DNA of 59,677 bases. Origin: a virus. Its lineage: Duplodnaviria; Caudoviricetes. The notes below the pieces were generated by a model. It was not told the origin of the DNA. It saw only the letters and a program-made list of their open reading frames with translations, and did not search any database. The translations under genes and the position numbers were made by a program. Below, piece by piece: positions 27,285 through 36,099 of the stretch. The DNA lies in the IMG/VR virus record IMGVR_UViG_3300025009_000014, positions 1 through 59,677 of that record; one strand, given 5' to 3'. The first letter of the stretch is position 1. Every line of letters begins with the position of its first letter.

Positions 27285-27887
27285 TTACAGGTTTTTGTAG
27301 GGGTCTTCGCTTTTGAGGGTTGCTCTTCCGGAAAGTTCGTTTCCTCTCGACAACATGTCACTTATGTTGAAGATGAAGGTCAAAGTTTCGCCGGCGTTTA
27401 CAGATACCTCGATGTATGAAGTCTTTTGAACCTTCATCGAGAAATCTCTCGCTTCAACCAAATATCCGTTATAATCCTTGTTGGACTTGTAGTTCAACGG
27501 GTGGATGGTGGTTTCGGTCTTCTTTCCGAACGCGTCTTCTTCGACAACCTTTAAACTGTTTGCGAACTGTGCCGTACTCAAAGTCGTTTGGTATTTCATA
27601 CCTTTGATTCTGAACGGATCGGCAAGGATCGTATCCAACAATTCTTGATGGTTTGCGTTTGCAGGGGTTACAACGATCTCGTTGGCGAGGTTGTTTACTG
27701 CGGTTGCGGTACCGATTGCACCAAAAATACGTGCGGTCTTTGCAGATGCGGTATTGGTGTTTTGAACGGTGATCGATAACGTAGATGCGTTGGGGTCGAG
27801 TTTTTCAACAGCGGTTTGGCTTCCGGTAATATTGAAATATTTTTCGGCTGCCTGTCTTTTTCGTGCAATTGTTTGTTTGAAGTTCAT
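27285..27887 (-). CDS. Major capsid protein candidate (single jelly-roll-like, beta-rich)
   Basis: First gene of the structural operon, soluble, alternating beta-strand pattern, has a paralog; fold not verified. Confidence 0.5.
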   Translation of the reverse strand: MNFKQTIARKRQAAEKYFNITGSQTAVEKLDPNASTLSITVQNTNTASAKTARIFGAIGTATAVNNLANEIVVTPANANHQELLDTILADPFRIKGMKYQTTLSTAQFANSLKVVEEDAFGKKTETTIHPLNYKSNKDYNGYLVEARDFSMKVQKTSYIEVSVNAGETLTFIFNISDMLSRGNELSGRATLKSEDPYKNL

Positions 27888-27975
27888 GGTAATGTCTCCT
27901 AATTAAATATTAACAAATGTTTGCACTTATCCTAATTACGCTGCTGTAAAAATAAATACTTTGTTGCTTGTTTTC

Positions 27976-27983
27976 CAAATATA
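27976..27983 (-). promoter_or_regulatory. TATATTTG promoter box upstream of the structural operon
   Basis: TAnnTTTG match, flanked by operator-like sites at 27910 and 28021. Confidence 0.45.
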
Positions 27984-27985
27984 TA

Positions 27986-28017
27986 AAGGGCATAAAACTG
28001 CCGTGTTTTATGCCCTT
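27986..28017 (-). terminator. Hairpin/terminator
   Basis: AAGGGCATAAAAC/GTTTTATGCCCTT 13-bp stem. Confidence 0.65.
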
Positions 28018-28102
28018 GTATAAACAAATGTTTGTATGTTAATGGTTTATTTTGTCATATATCCGTGTTTTTTAGTGACTTATTTAAATTTTGTTTATCT
28101 AT

Positions 28103-28591
28103 TTATCTGTTGAACGTGATTTCGTTAAACTTACGTATGAGTTTTTCTATAACTGAATCTACTTCCTCAATCGTTTTTTTCGCAAATAATGTTTCTCTCG
28201 CAAACAATAATTCATATTTAGAATTGTCAATCACCGTTTTGTTATTCAGAATAGGCATATATGGAAGGCATACGATAACCCTTATTTTTTCTTCGTTGCT
28301 GTATAGTACGATTGCGGTGATTTTTAAACTACAGTCTTCCATGATCTGTTTAAATGTGATCTGCTCATTTGTTAACTTTTTGCGTACCATATCCATGTAC
28401 CGTCCATAGGATTCCGCATCCCTTTTAAATTTAACCTCCAATTCGTCGATTTCATGTTCTTTTAATCTTATGGAATCACTTTTTCTCGGTACGATTGGCA
28501 GATCGATGTCGGTATATACATCAACGGCATTTAATAGCGGGGTTAGGAATAATCTGCATTTATACATAATATTTATTTTTTCCCGAAGCAT
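28103..28591 (-). CDS. Hypothetical protein
   Basis: ORF. Confidence 0.55.
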   Translation of the reverse strand: MLREKINIMYKCRLFLTPLLNAVDVYTDIDLPIVPRKSDSIRLKEHEIDELEVKFKRDAESYGRYMDMVRKKLTNEQITFKQIMEDCSLKITAIVLYSNEEKIRVIVCLPYMPILNNKTVIDNSKYELLFARETLFAKKTIEEVDSVIEKLIRKFNEITFNR

Positions 28592-28615
28592 TTATTTGTA
28601 TGATTATAGGCAATG

Positions 28616-28813
28616 CTAAGACTGCTGTTTACGCTTGTTATTCATCAATATCCATTTATCGTTTGGATGAAACCATGTGCAACCACATTGACCTTCTTTT
28701 GGATGCCCCGAACCGTGACACCAACCGCCTCTATAATGGTCTTTAATTGTATGCCCACAGTTGCACTTTACATTCTTGGGAACTTTAGGAACACTGCTAC
28801 ACATCACAATCAA
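28616..28813 (-). CDS. Cys/His-rich small protein
   Basis: CNCGHTIKDH...C...CGCTWF. Confidence 0.55.
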   Translation of the reverse strand: MIVMCSSVPKVPKNVKCNCGHTIKDHYRGGWCHGSGHPKEGQCGCTWFHPNDKWILMNNKRKQQS

Positions 28814-29384
28814 ATTCTAATTCTTTTAAAATAACCGGTAAATAGTCTTTGTATTCGTTATACTTTAATTCTGCTTCATTTTTATCTTCAAAAAAATGTG
28901 CATTGATAATTCCTGCTGACCATACCTCTAAAGTATTTCCGTCTATTAATGTTCTTGAATAAAAAGAAACTTGCTTACCTTCTCCTAATCCGAATGGTTG
29001 ATAAATTACATAGTATTTTTTCATGTTATTTATTTCGCGGTAATAAATCCTGAACTTTGGAACATTTGAAATAAAGCTGAATGCATCTGTTTTTTCTTTT
29101 CCAAATAAAGGAATATTATTAATTCTTCCCTCATTTTCATCTTTTTTTATCTTTTTTTTCACACCTTTAATTAGAATTTTAATTCTGTTTAAAATGTCTT
29201 TTTTAAACAACATGCAAAATTCCTTATTTTTATTGGTAAAATTCCAAAGTATAGTCCCATTTTCTTGATCATATACATCATATAATAAATTATACTTAGG
29301 ATTTCCATAAATGTCAAAAATGTGTGCTAAATATGGTAAGTTTTCTTTGTTTTTATAACATTTTAAAGTCAGGGATGCTTTCAT
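28797..29384 (-). CDS. AT-rich hypothetical protein
   Basis: ORF. Confidence 0.55.
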   Translation of the reverse strand: MKASLTLKCYKNKENLPYLAHIFDIYGNPKYNLLYDVYDQENGTILWNFTNKNKEFCMLFKKDILNRIKILIKGVKKKIKKDENEGRINNIPLFGKEKTDAFSFISNVPKFRIYYREINNMKKYYVIYQPFGLGEGKQVSFYSRTLIDGNTLEVWSAGIINAHFFEDKNEAELKYNEYKDYLPVILKELEFDCDV

Positions 29385-30034
29385 TTCATTATCCTTTTTA
29401 AATTTGTTTTTTGATGTACTTTGGTAAATCTGCTCAACTCCGATATCAATTCCTCTATCTTTTCTTTTCCGGGTTCGGGCAGTTTGTTATTCCCGCTGTC
29501 TGCCCCTATGTTTACCTGAACAGGTCCGCAATATTTGATCATCTCGACGAATTCATACAAATCGAAATCCATTATCGGCTCTATCGTTATATGAAGGGGA
29601 TGCCTGATGTATTTTTGATACCTTACCCTTTCTTCGGGCGTAAAACAGTTTTTCATGACTTCCGGATAATGCCTGTTGGTTTCCAAAGTAATGCACACGG
29701 TCGAATTATAAGGTAATATCCGTCTGATGTTGGCGGGGTTCTTTGTTTGGAACAAATATTTGTTTTCGGGATATTTGCCGCAGTGTTTAAGCGTTTTTAT
29801 GATCCATTCTTCCGGTATGTCCTTTGCAAACATGTCGCAGCTAGAACCGACAAATATAAAATTCCCCGTACCAAGGTCTGTTTTCAGTTCTTTCTCATCA
29901 AAACGGACGGGTTTTTGATTTTTGTACCGCTTCATATAACAATAGGAACAATCGTGTGAACATTTACCCTTTACCGTGTTCCATGTATGGGTGACGAACC
30001 CGTACATATTGCCTTTTGATTCGTTTAATGCCAT
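29381..30034 (-). CDS. Radical SAM-like DUF5131 (gp37/gp68-type) protein
   Basis: TWNTVKGKCSHDCSYCY, IFVGSSCDMF, FQTKNP, TIEPI. Confidence 0.8.
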   Translation of the reverse strand: MALNESKGNMYGFVTHTWNTVKGKCSHDCSYCYMKRYKNQKPVRFDEKELKTDLGTGNFIFVGSSCDMFAKDIPEEWIIKTLKHCGKYPENKYLFQTKNPANIRRILPYNSTVCITLETNRHYPEVMKNCFTPEERVRYQKYIRHPLHITIEPIMDFDLYEFVEMIKYCGPVQVNIGADSGNNKLPEPGKEKIEELISELSRFTKVHQKTNLKRIMK

Positions 30035-30036
30035 TG

Positions 30037-30336
30037 TCAGGTTTTTACTTGTGTGAATTTTTTAGATGCTTCTTTCTCTGCCTGTTCTGCCTTTAAAGTG
30101 CAAAATGCCGCGTTCAGCAATGCCATTTTATCTACCGTGTATTCAAACCCTCCCTTAACGTATGCATCATAATCGGAAAGGTCAAGTTCCATCAGTTCAC
30201 AAAATCTTTCTTTGCTGACGTTGAAATCCGATATGATTTTTCTGGCATCGTTGGCCAATGATATCTGAATACGGATAAACCTGTATTCGTGATCGGTCAG
30301 GTTCCCTAAAAATTCTCTTATCTTTTTTGCTTCCAT
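30037..30336 (-). CDS. HTH-like hypothetical protein
   Basis: Likely start MEAKK; VSKERFCELMEL...YVKG. Confidence 0.5.
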   Translation of the reverse strand: MEAKKIREFLGNLTDHEYRFIRIQISLANDARKIISDFNVSKERFCELMELDLSDYDAYVKGGFEYTVDKMALLNAAFCTLKAEQAEKEASKKFTQVKT

Positions 30337-30405
30337 GATAATTTGTTTTTTTTTAAAATTAAAATTAAGGGACACCGGTATGCCATGAACCGGCATCCCA
30401 CATTT

Positions 30406-30654
30406 TTAGTGTTCCCTTATTTTTACCAATTTTTTGATTTTCTTCATCATATCCCTTACGGCACGGTATGAAAAAATGATCTCTATCATTTCTTCCCTCG
30501 GAATCACTTCGTTGTAAGAAATAAAAGCGAGCATTACGTCATGAAAATTTTCCATGATGTTTTCAGGGCTGTCGTGTTCGAGAAGTTCGTTGATGATCCG
30601 TTCCGGAGTTAAGGCATTTGCACATGTCGTGCCGCTGTCATTTTTTGCTTGCAT
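30406..30654 (-). CDS. 82-aa protein, paralog of 57094..57330
   Basis: Start MQAKND; ELLEHDSPENIMENFHDVMLAF... shared with the paralog. Confidence 0.75.
   Translation of the reverse strand: MQAKNDSGTTCANALTPERIINELLEHDSPENIMENFHDVMLAFISYNEVIPREEMIEIIFSYRAVRDMMKKIKKLVKIREH
30427..30588. repeat. ~160-bp dispersed repeat copy 1
   Basis: 4 mismatches versus 57103-57264. Confidence 0.9.
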
Positions 30655-30820
30655 AATAAAATGATTAAAATTAAACAAAGAAGGGAGGTCTCTGCAAGCA
30701 AAATCCATGCGGTGCATAGAATTGACTCGGAACTTACATCCGTTAGCCTCCCCCTGTTTATTTGGTCGTCCTTTGTTTGTGGTAAATACACCATTGGATT
30801 CTACTTGCACCACAAACATA
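30643..30820 (-). promoter_or_regulatory. Structured leader RNA copy 1
   Basis: TATGTTTG promoter; stem 30795-30809/30693-30707; alternative pairing with the start-codon region 30643-30653. Confidence 0.6.
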
Positions 30821-30896
30821 CAGAATATTATGGAAACAGATACCAAAACAAGGATAATATTTTTAATTTTTTTATTCATTATTATTTTATAAGCCT

Positions 30897-31736
30897 TTAT
30901 GAGAAATACATTTTTGCCTTTTCTATATAGAAATTTTGAAATACTTCTTCTTCCGATGCATAAATCAATTTTCCGTTCTGATCGCGCTGCATCTTTATGT
31001 TCCTGAACTGTGATTGGTTTTCCGAAAGATACAATGCACATGCTTTTTTGAACTGTTCCTGTGTGACGTTCAGTATCTTTCTTTCGCGCAGGTTCAGGTA
31101 ACAATAATACCGTATGTTTCCTTTCAGATACTCGTCTTTGACCACATGCTCGCATATCCTGAACATTTCATAATGGTCTTTATACTTATCGGTTGAGAAC
31201 GTGATCACGCTGTCGCCTGTTTTATGCAGCCTTACAACGGTCGTGTTTTTTAGGATTTTCGGGTGCGGATCCCCGATGTTCTGATAATGGATGATGATAT
31301 CCACCCCGCTGTGCCTTGCCCTTGTCAAACGCGAGTAGAATCCCTTCGGAACGGATGAAGTGATGTAGGCGTTGATATCTTCCAACAGGAATAATCCGTT
31401 GCGAAAGTTCATAAAGATATCCACGGCTGCACGTACCATATCTTCGTCCTCGTATTCCAAGCCGTTCTTATATCTGGCCAATATCCTGTAAATAGCGGGT
31501 TTTTTTATGTTGCGGATGTATTTTACCCTCTCCGCTTCGTTCTCTTCATCCACGTCGTAGGCTATGGCCTTATACGGTCCGAAATCTCCCGTTCCGTTGA
31601 ACTCGTTGTTCACATCAAGGATCAGCACCGGGCGTTTTTGCATCTCGACATACTTCTCTATCACGTTTTTTAACGTGAAATAGGTCTTTCCCACTCCTGT
31701 CATTCCGAATACGAGACTGATAAACGGGTCTCTCAT
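30897..31736 (-). CDS. FtsK/HerA-superfamily genome packaging ATPase (A32/P9-like)
   Basis: Walker A GMTGVGKT, ILDVNNE, Walker B LFLLED, RARHSGVDIIIHYQ; 279 aa, no TM. Confidence 0.75.
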   Translation of the reverse strand: MRDPFISLVFGMTGVGKTYFTLKNVIEKYVEMQKRPVLILDVNNEFNGTGDFGPYKAIAYDVDEENEAERVKYIRNIKKPAIYRILARYKNGLEYEDEDMVRAAVDIFMNFRNGLFLLEDINAYITSSVPKGFYSRLTRARHSGVDIIIHYQNIGDPHPKILKNTTVVRLHKTGDSVITFSTDKYKDHYEMFRICEHVVKDEYLKGNIRYYCYLNLRERKILNVTQEQFKKACALYLSENQSQFRNIKMQRDQNGKLIYASEEEVFQNFYIEKAKMYFS

Positions 31737-32101
31737 TTTTGATGCTCTTTACATTTATAAATATCGGGAAGTTTTTGATCGTTTAAATTCAAAACTTTCC
31801 CGCAAACGGTACATTTTTTAATCATATGATAAACATGATATTCTATGTGCGCCTTGCATAACCATGAAAAACTGTTTATCGCATAACAAAACCTGATCAT
31901 TCTTTTGGTTAATTTTTTCCCGCATACCGCGCATTTTTTGTCTTCTTCCTCCTTTAGTTTCAAGGTTTCTTTTATATAATCCCTTTGAAATTTGTATCGG
32001 TATTTAGAATGCTTGTGGCAACAGATATTGAAGGAACGTGAAGCATCAGCATCCCACTTTTCGTCGTTCGTCAATTCCTTGCCGCAAATCTGACAGTTCA
32101 T
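31733..32101 (-). CDS. Triple zinc-ribbon repeat protein
   Basis: CQICGKEL, CAVCGKKL, CTVCGKVL. Confidence 0.65.
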   Translation of the reverse strand: MNCQICGKELTNDEKWDADASRSFNICCHKHSKYRYKFQRDYIKETLKLKEEEDKKCAVCGKKLTKRMIRFCYAINSFSWLCKAHIEYHVYHMIKKCTVCGKVLNLNDQKLPDIYKCKEHQK

Positions 32102-32580
32102 TTTTTTCTGGCTTTGTAGTTTTCAATCATTTGTATCTCGCTTTTAAGCATCAGATAGTAAGTGATCATCTGTGCATCGTTCAGTTTTTTGAAATCAAAT
32201 TGCAGCATGTCTTTTAAATGGGTTCTTATCTGTTTTGGCAACCTGAAATCTCCCTTATAACGGTCTGCTTTTTGGTAGGTTGCCCAGAACGTTTCTTTCA
32301 CTTCCTTCTTTTCAAGTTCGTTGTCCCTGGTTTCCACTTCCAAACGTGCCTTGTACTCATCCAAAAGCCGTTGTTTGGATTCTATCTCTACCTCCGTTTC
32401 TGCTATCAGGACCTTTACTGCCGCCAATTCCTGCAGACCATCTTTCGTCCGGTCGTTTTTGAGCAAAAGTTCTCCATGTTCTATGCTTAACGATCTTTCA
32501 TAATCTTTCATCCCGGAAAGATGCATTTCCAAATTGGCGTACAGGTGCGAAAAATCTACTTTTTTTGGGTGTCGTACCAT
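32098..32580 (-). CDS. Coiled-coil hypothetical protein
   Basis: ORF. Confidence 0.65.
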   Translation of the reverse strand: MVRHPKKVDFSHLYANLEMHLSGMKDYERSLSIEHGELLLKNDRTKDGLQELAAVKVLIAETEVEIESKQRLLDEYKARLEVETRDNELEKKEVKETFWATYQKADRYKGDFRLPKQIRTHLKDMLQFDFKKLNDAQMITYYLMLKSEIQMIENYKARKK

Positions 32581-32596
32581 CTTTTATATATTTGTT

Positions 32597-32788
32597 TTAT
32601 AATTTAATTACATCTTTTTTTTTATAATCAACAAACTTCATTTTGTGTTTTATATTTAATCTTAAAAAACCAAATGATATAATTGTTTCTAAATGTTGCC
32701 AAATTTCTTCTTCCGGATTCGAAAAACAGTTTCCTAAAACTCTCCATTTAGCGAAATGCCATACGTTTGAAAATTTAATGTGTATCAT
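32597..32788 (-). CDS. AT-rich small hypothetical protein
   Basis: ORF. Confidence 0.4.
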   Translation of the reverse strand: MIHIKFSNVWHFAKWRVLGNCFSNPEEEIWQHLETIISFGFLRLNIKHKMKFVDYKKKDVIKL

Positions 32789-32799
32789 ACTTTTATAAT

Positions 32800-33507
32800 T
32801 TATTTATATTTTAAATCAAAATTCAATCCCCAATCCGAATTATGGTGGCATACGATCATCGATGTGTCGATATAATTCATGATTTTTAGCTTATACAGCA
32901 AATCCTCATAAAAATAGGTATCGGAATGCCCCTTGCGGTTTAAATCGTAGCGGAACGGCAACTGCTCGATAATGGAACGGTGAATAAGGCTGCATCCGAT
33001 CCCGTTGGCTGCCGATTGTAACAGTTTTCCGTTATAATCCTGAAATGCTTTTTGCAAACTCGGCACAAAGCTCTTGATCGTCATGTTGTCAACCGTGAAC
33101 TGCTCGTAATACAGATAGGATTCTTCGGCTAACCAAATGAAGTACGGCACCGATACGATCTCTTTTTTATCCGACAACAGTTTTTCGATCACGTTTCTTG
33201 GCGGAAAAATATCAACCTCCAATGAAAACAGATAATCGTAATCATTCTCCAAAAACTTTTTGCGTATCAGATTTTGGCTTTCCGTTATATACACACGGCT
33301 GTCCTTACCGGAAGGGTTCACATACGCTACATCGATTCCCAAATCCTTTAATTCCTGATGGTATTTATCGTCAATCGAATTATCCACTATGAAAATATCA
33401 TAGTTTTTATACGTCAGGTTTTTGGCATACAGATACCACGTAAGGAATATGTATTCCTTATGGATGCTCGTGGGTGCGGCAAGCAGTATTTTAGGATTTC
33501 GGAGCAT
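32800..33507 (-). CDS. GT-A fold (GT2-like) glycosyltransferase
   Basis: DIFIVDNS, YDYLFSLEVD, GIGCSLIHR, SDTYF. Confidence 0.8.
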   Translation of the reverse strand: MLRNPKILLAAPTSIHKEYIFLTWYLYAKNLTYKNYDIFIVDNSIDDKYHQELKDLGIDVAYVNPSGKDSRVYITESQNLIRKKFLENDYDYLFSLEVDIFPPRNVIEKLLSDKKEIVSVPYFIWLAEESYLYYEQFTVDNMTIKSFVPSLQKAFQDYNGKLLQSAANGIGCSLIHRSIIEQLPFRYDLNRKGHSDTYFYEDLLYKLKIMNYIDTSMIVCHHNSDWGLNFDLKYK

Positions 33508-33742
33508 CTTTTTTTGTTTCCGGTTCGGGTTTTTTGTCTTCTTCCTGTTTTTCCGCTTCTGCTTTTTTCAGACGGTCTTCCACCGATTGTAACAATTGTG
33601 CCGCAGTTTCTATATTCTGGTTATCCTGCAACAAACGTTTTATGGTTTGCTTTTTCTTTCTGTTTTGAATCAGCAATGTTACCAATATGGCTGTAAATAA
33701 TAAGCCTCCACCTAAATAAATAATAATCTGTTTTTTTGTCAT
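33491..33742 (-). CDS. Small membrane protein
   Basis: N-terminal TM followed by coiled coil. Confidence 0.65.
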   Translation of the reverse strand: MTKKQIIIYLGGGLLFTAILVTLLIQNRKKKQTIKRLLQDNQNIETAAQLLQSVEDRLKKAEAEKQEEDKKPEPETKKDAPKS

Positions 33743-33754
33743 ATCTTTTTTTTA

Positions 33755-34378
33755 TTAACTTTTCAAATAAAATGCATCGCTCCATCCCTGGTTGTTATGG
33801 TTCGGTCCCGTGGCGATCCTTTCAAATCCGTAATCTTTAAGATAGGCATCCAACTGTTCGATCAAAACGCAACCCTCGTACATCTCGATAAAATTGACCT
33901 CCGTATAAATACAGTCGATGTATGTCAAAAGATTTCCCGCCCCTATCAAGGCATTGAGTTCGTTACCCTGCAAATCCATAACGAGACAGTTGTATTTACT
34001 TCTGTCAAACACCAAATTCTCTATCAATTCCACTTTTACGGTTTCTTTCTTTGAAAACAGTATCGTAGGATATTTGACCAGATGTTCTTTGGCAGTCAAC
34101 AAAGAACTGCTTTGTCCCTGGTTGGTTTCGTCGCATTGCATTTCAAATTCACCCTCTACATCGGAGACGGCTACATTGTATAAAATAGCATGTTCCAATC
34201 CCTTCACCCGTTCCTGTAAAACCGCAAATGCATGTTTCAATGGTTCTATCAATACAAACTGATTAAAACCGCAAGCGATGAATGTTTCCTTTTCCTGAAA
34301 ATAATGCGCACCCAACTGTATTATCCCTTTCGGGTTTATCTTATGTGTCTGTATGAGTTGTTTGAAATCTAACATCAT
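33755..34378 (-). CDS. FkbM-family methyltransferase
   Basis: IIQLGAH...MDLQGNEL...IYTEVNFIEMYEG. Confidence 0.85.
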   Translation of the reverse strand: MMLDFKQLIQTHKINPKGIIQLGAHYFQEKETFIACGFNQFVLIEPLKHAFAVLQERVKGLEHAILYNVAVSDVEGEFEMQCDETNQGQSSSLLTAKEHLVKYPTILFSKKETVKVELIENLVFDRSKYNCLVMDLQGNELNALIGAGNLLTYIDCIYTEVNFIEMYEGCVLIEQLDAYLKDYGFERIATGPNHNNQGWSDAFYLKS

Positions 34379-35049
34379 GATAATTCTATTTTATGTGATT
34401 TGAACTGTTTATGTATCATGTACCCGTCGAAAAACTTATATTTCAACGAATGCATGGATGCATATAGGTTTACCGCCCGTTCATGTATATGCGGATGGTT
34501 TTTGATCGAAAGTATTTTCGGCACGTATTGTTTGTACCAAACGACGAACATATCCAGAAATACTATGGGAAGGATGCAGTTTGTCGTCGCGTTCCAAAAT
34601 TCATACCCGTTTTTTGCAGACTCCAAAAGCCCTTTAGGCATAAGTTCGCAAAATTCGGGTATGCTGTCGAGATAAAGAGGTGACTTTACGGGGTATCGAA
34701 AAAATCCACCGAATGTCCTGTAATCCATCTCTTTTTCCAATTCAAAAAGATCGCGGTGTATCACTACATCGTATTCAAACAAACCTATGTATTTTGCCCT
34801 TGCCTTACAGTTGGACAACAATGCATACCAAGCGGTATAGGTCAATAATGTGGGGTACTTTTCGATATTGTTCTTAAACAGGTTCGGCACTATCGTACCT
34901 TTCGGCATATAATCGGGTACTTCTGAATGATCACCCACCAGAACGTATTTGTATTTGTCAAAATTACCGTTGATGTTACGGTTGTTATTCACAAACCACT
35001 CGTAACTTGCCCTGTCGTGACATATGATGTATATTTCAAGATTATCCAT
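34375..35049 (-). CDS. Glycosyltransferase-like protein
   Basis: IYIICH, YIGLFEYD, HIHERA; inside the GT cluster. Confidence 0.55.
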   Translation of the reverse strand: MDNLEIYIICHDRASYEWFVNNNRNINGNFDKYKYVLVGDHSEVPDYMPKGTIVPNLFKNNIEKYPTLLTYTAWYALLSNCKARAKYIGLFEYDVVIHRDLFELEKEMDYRTFGGFFRYPVKSPLYLDSIPEFCELMPKGLLESAKNGYEFWNATTNCILPIVFLDMFVVWYKQYVPKILSIKNHPHIHERAVNLYASMHSLKYKFFDGYMIHKQFKSHKIELS

Positions 35050-35060
35050 TTATTGTTACT

Positions 35061-35399
35061 TTAAAGTTCATACTCATAACAAAGCGCATCAAACATTAAT
35101 TGAGAAAATGGTTTTTTAAATGAATGCAAAACCTTTTGCCCCATCCACATTAAACAACTTATCGGCTCACCATACCATTCTTCTTCACAATTCAAGAAAG
35201 TTATTTCAATTGGTTTATAAAAGTCATATATTTTATCCCAATCTAATCTTATCTCAAATCTATAAATGCCTTTTACAAAAGAATAAAACCTCGTTTCATC
35301 ATGTTTTTTCTCCCAACCCCTATCGTTTTTAAACCCTTTTTCTTCTAATTGCTTAATAAGTTCATCACAAAAACTATATATGTTATCGGTTTTATCCAT
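35061..35399 (-). CDS. AT-rich hypothetical protein
   Basis: ORF inserted in the GT cluster. Confidence 0.55.
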   Translation of the reverse strand: MDKTDNIYSFCDELIKQLEEKGFKNDRGWEKKHDETRFYSFVKGIYRFEIRLDWDKIYDFYKPIEITFLNCEEEWYGEPISCLMWMGQKVLHSFKKPFSQLMFDALCYEYEL

Positions 35400-36099
35400 T
35401 TATGTTTTTTACTTTATTCAACCAAAAATTGATGAGTTTCATATTGATATCGGTATTGGCAAGAAAACAACTGCCTTCATGCACCCTGTGAAAATACTGC
35501 ATGTCATTTACAACGAATATCGATTTGCCGTCTTTTATCCAATTGTAGGCAAAGAATATCCCGTCGGCTCCTTTTATGTTTTTGTCGTAAACATAGGATT
35601 CCATATAACTTTCCACGTTGACAAAGTAGTTGTTGGTATTGAGCAGTGTCATAAAAATAGGATCGCTGCAAAATGTTTTGGCCGTTTCTTTACGGATTAC
35701 TTTACCTCCGAAGTGTCTGTAATTAAAATTCGGGTATGCAAAATCGGGATGATAGATTGTGTTTTCATACCAAACTGCGTATTCATAAAGTTTATCAATA
35801 AAATCCGTTGTTACGACATTGTCGTTATCCAATATGATTGCCCACTCGTTTTTGGCGAATGAAAGACATGCCTTTTTGTTGTGTTGGTTTCCAAAATTGT
35901 CGCAATTACGCAATACCCTTACTTTAGGACTGCTTTCTGTAAATTTCAACAACTTTTGAAAATCATCCGGCTTGCTCCTGTCGTCGCAAAGCACTATATC
36001 GTCGATCCTGTTATCAATCAATAACGGGGCCAGTGTTTCTTTTATCAGGTCCGACCTGTTGTAATAGGGTATCACAACCGATATTTTACGTCCGTTCAT
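35392..36099 (-). CDS. GT2 glycosyltransferase
   Basis: ISVVIPYYNR, VLCDDRSKPD, IILDNDN. Confidence 0.9.
   Translation of the reverse strand: MNGRKISVVIPYYNRSDLIKETLAPLLIDNRIDDIVLCDDRSKPDDFQKLLKFTESSPKVRVLRNCDNFGNQHNKKACLSFAKNEWAIILDNDNVVTTDFIDKLYEYAVWYENTIYHPDFAYPNFNYRHFGGKVIRKETAKTFCSDPIFMTLLNTNNYFVNVESYMESYVYDKNIKGADGIFFAYNWIKDGKSIFVVNDMQYFHRVHEGSCFLANTDINMKLINFWLNKVKNING

Noticed and set aside
13528-27779. Numerous + strand ORFs in the track
   Set aside because: Antisense shadows of densely packed minus-strand genes with no recognisable motifs
30655-31155. Long 5' extension of ORF 30406..31155 (and 57331..57525)
   Set aside because: Overlaps the ATPase gene and the structured leader; paralog comparison places starts at 30654 and 57330
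30897-31736. Conjugative ICE/T4SS (VirB4 or coupling ATPase)
   Set aside because: Only 279 aa; no relaxase or Bacteroidota tra genes recognised; lysis cassette present. Not fully excluded without HMM searches
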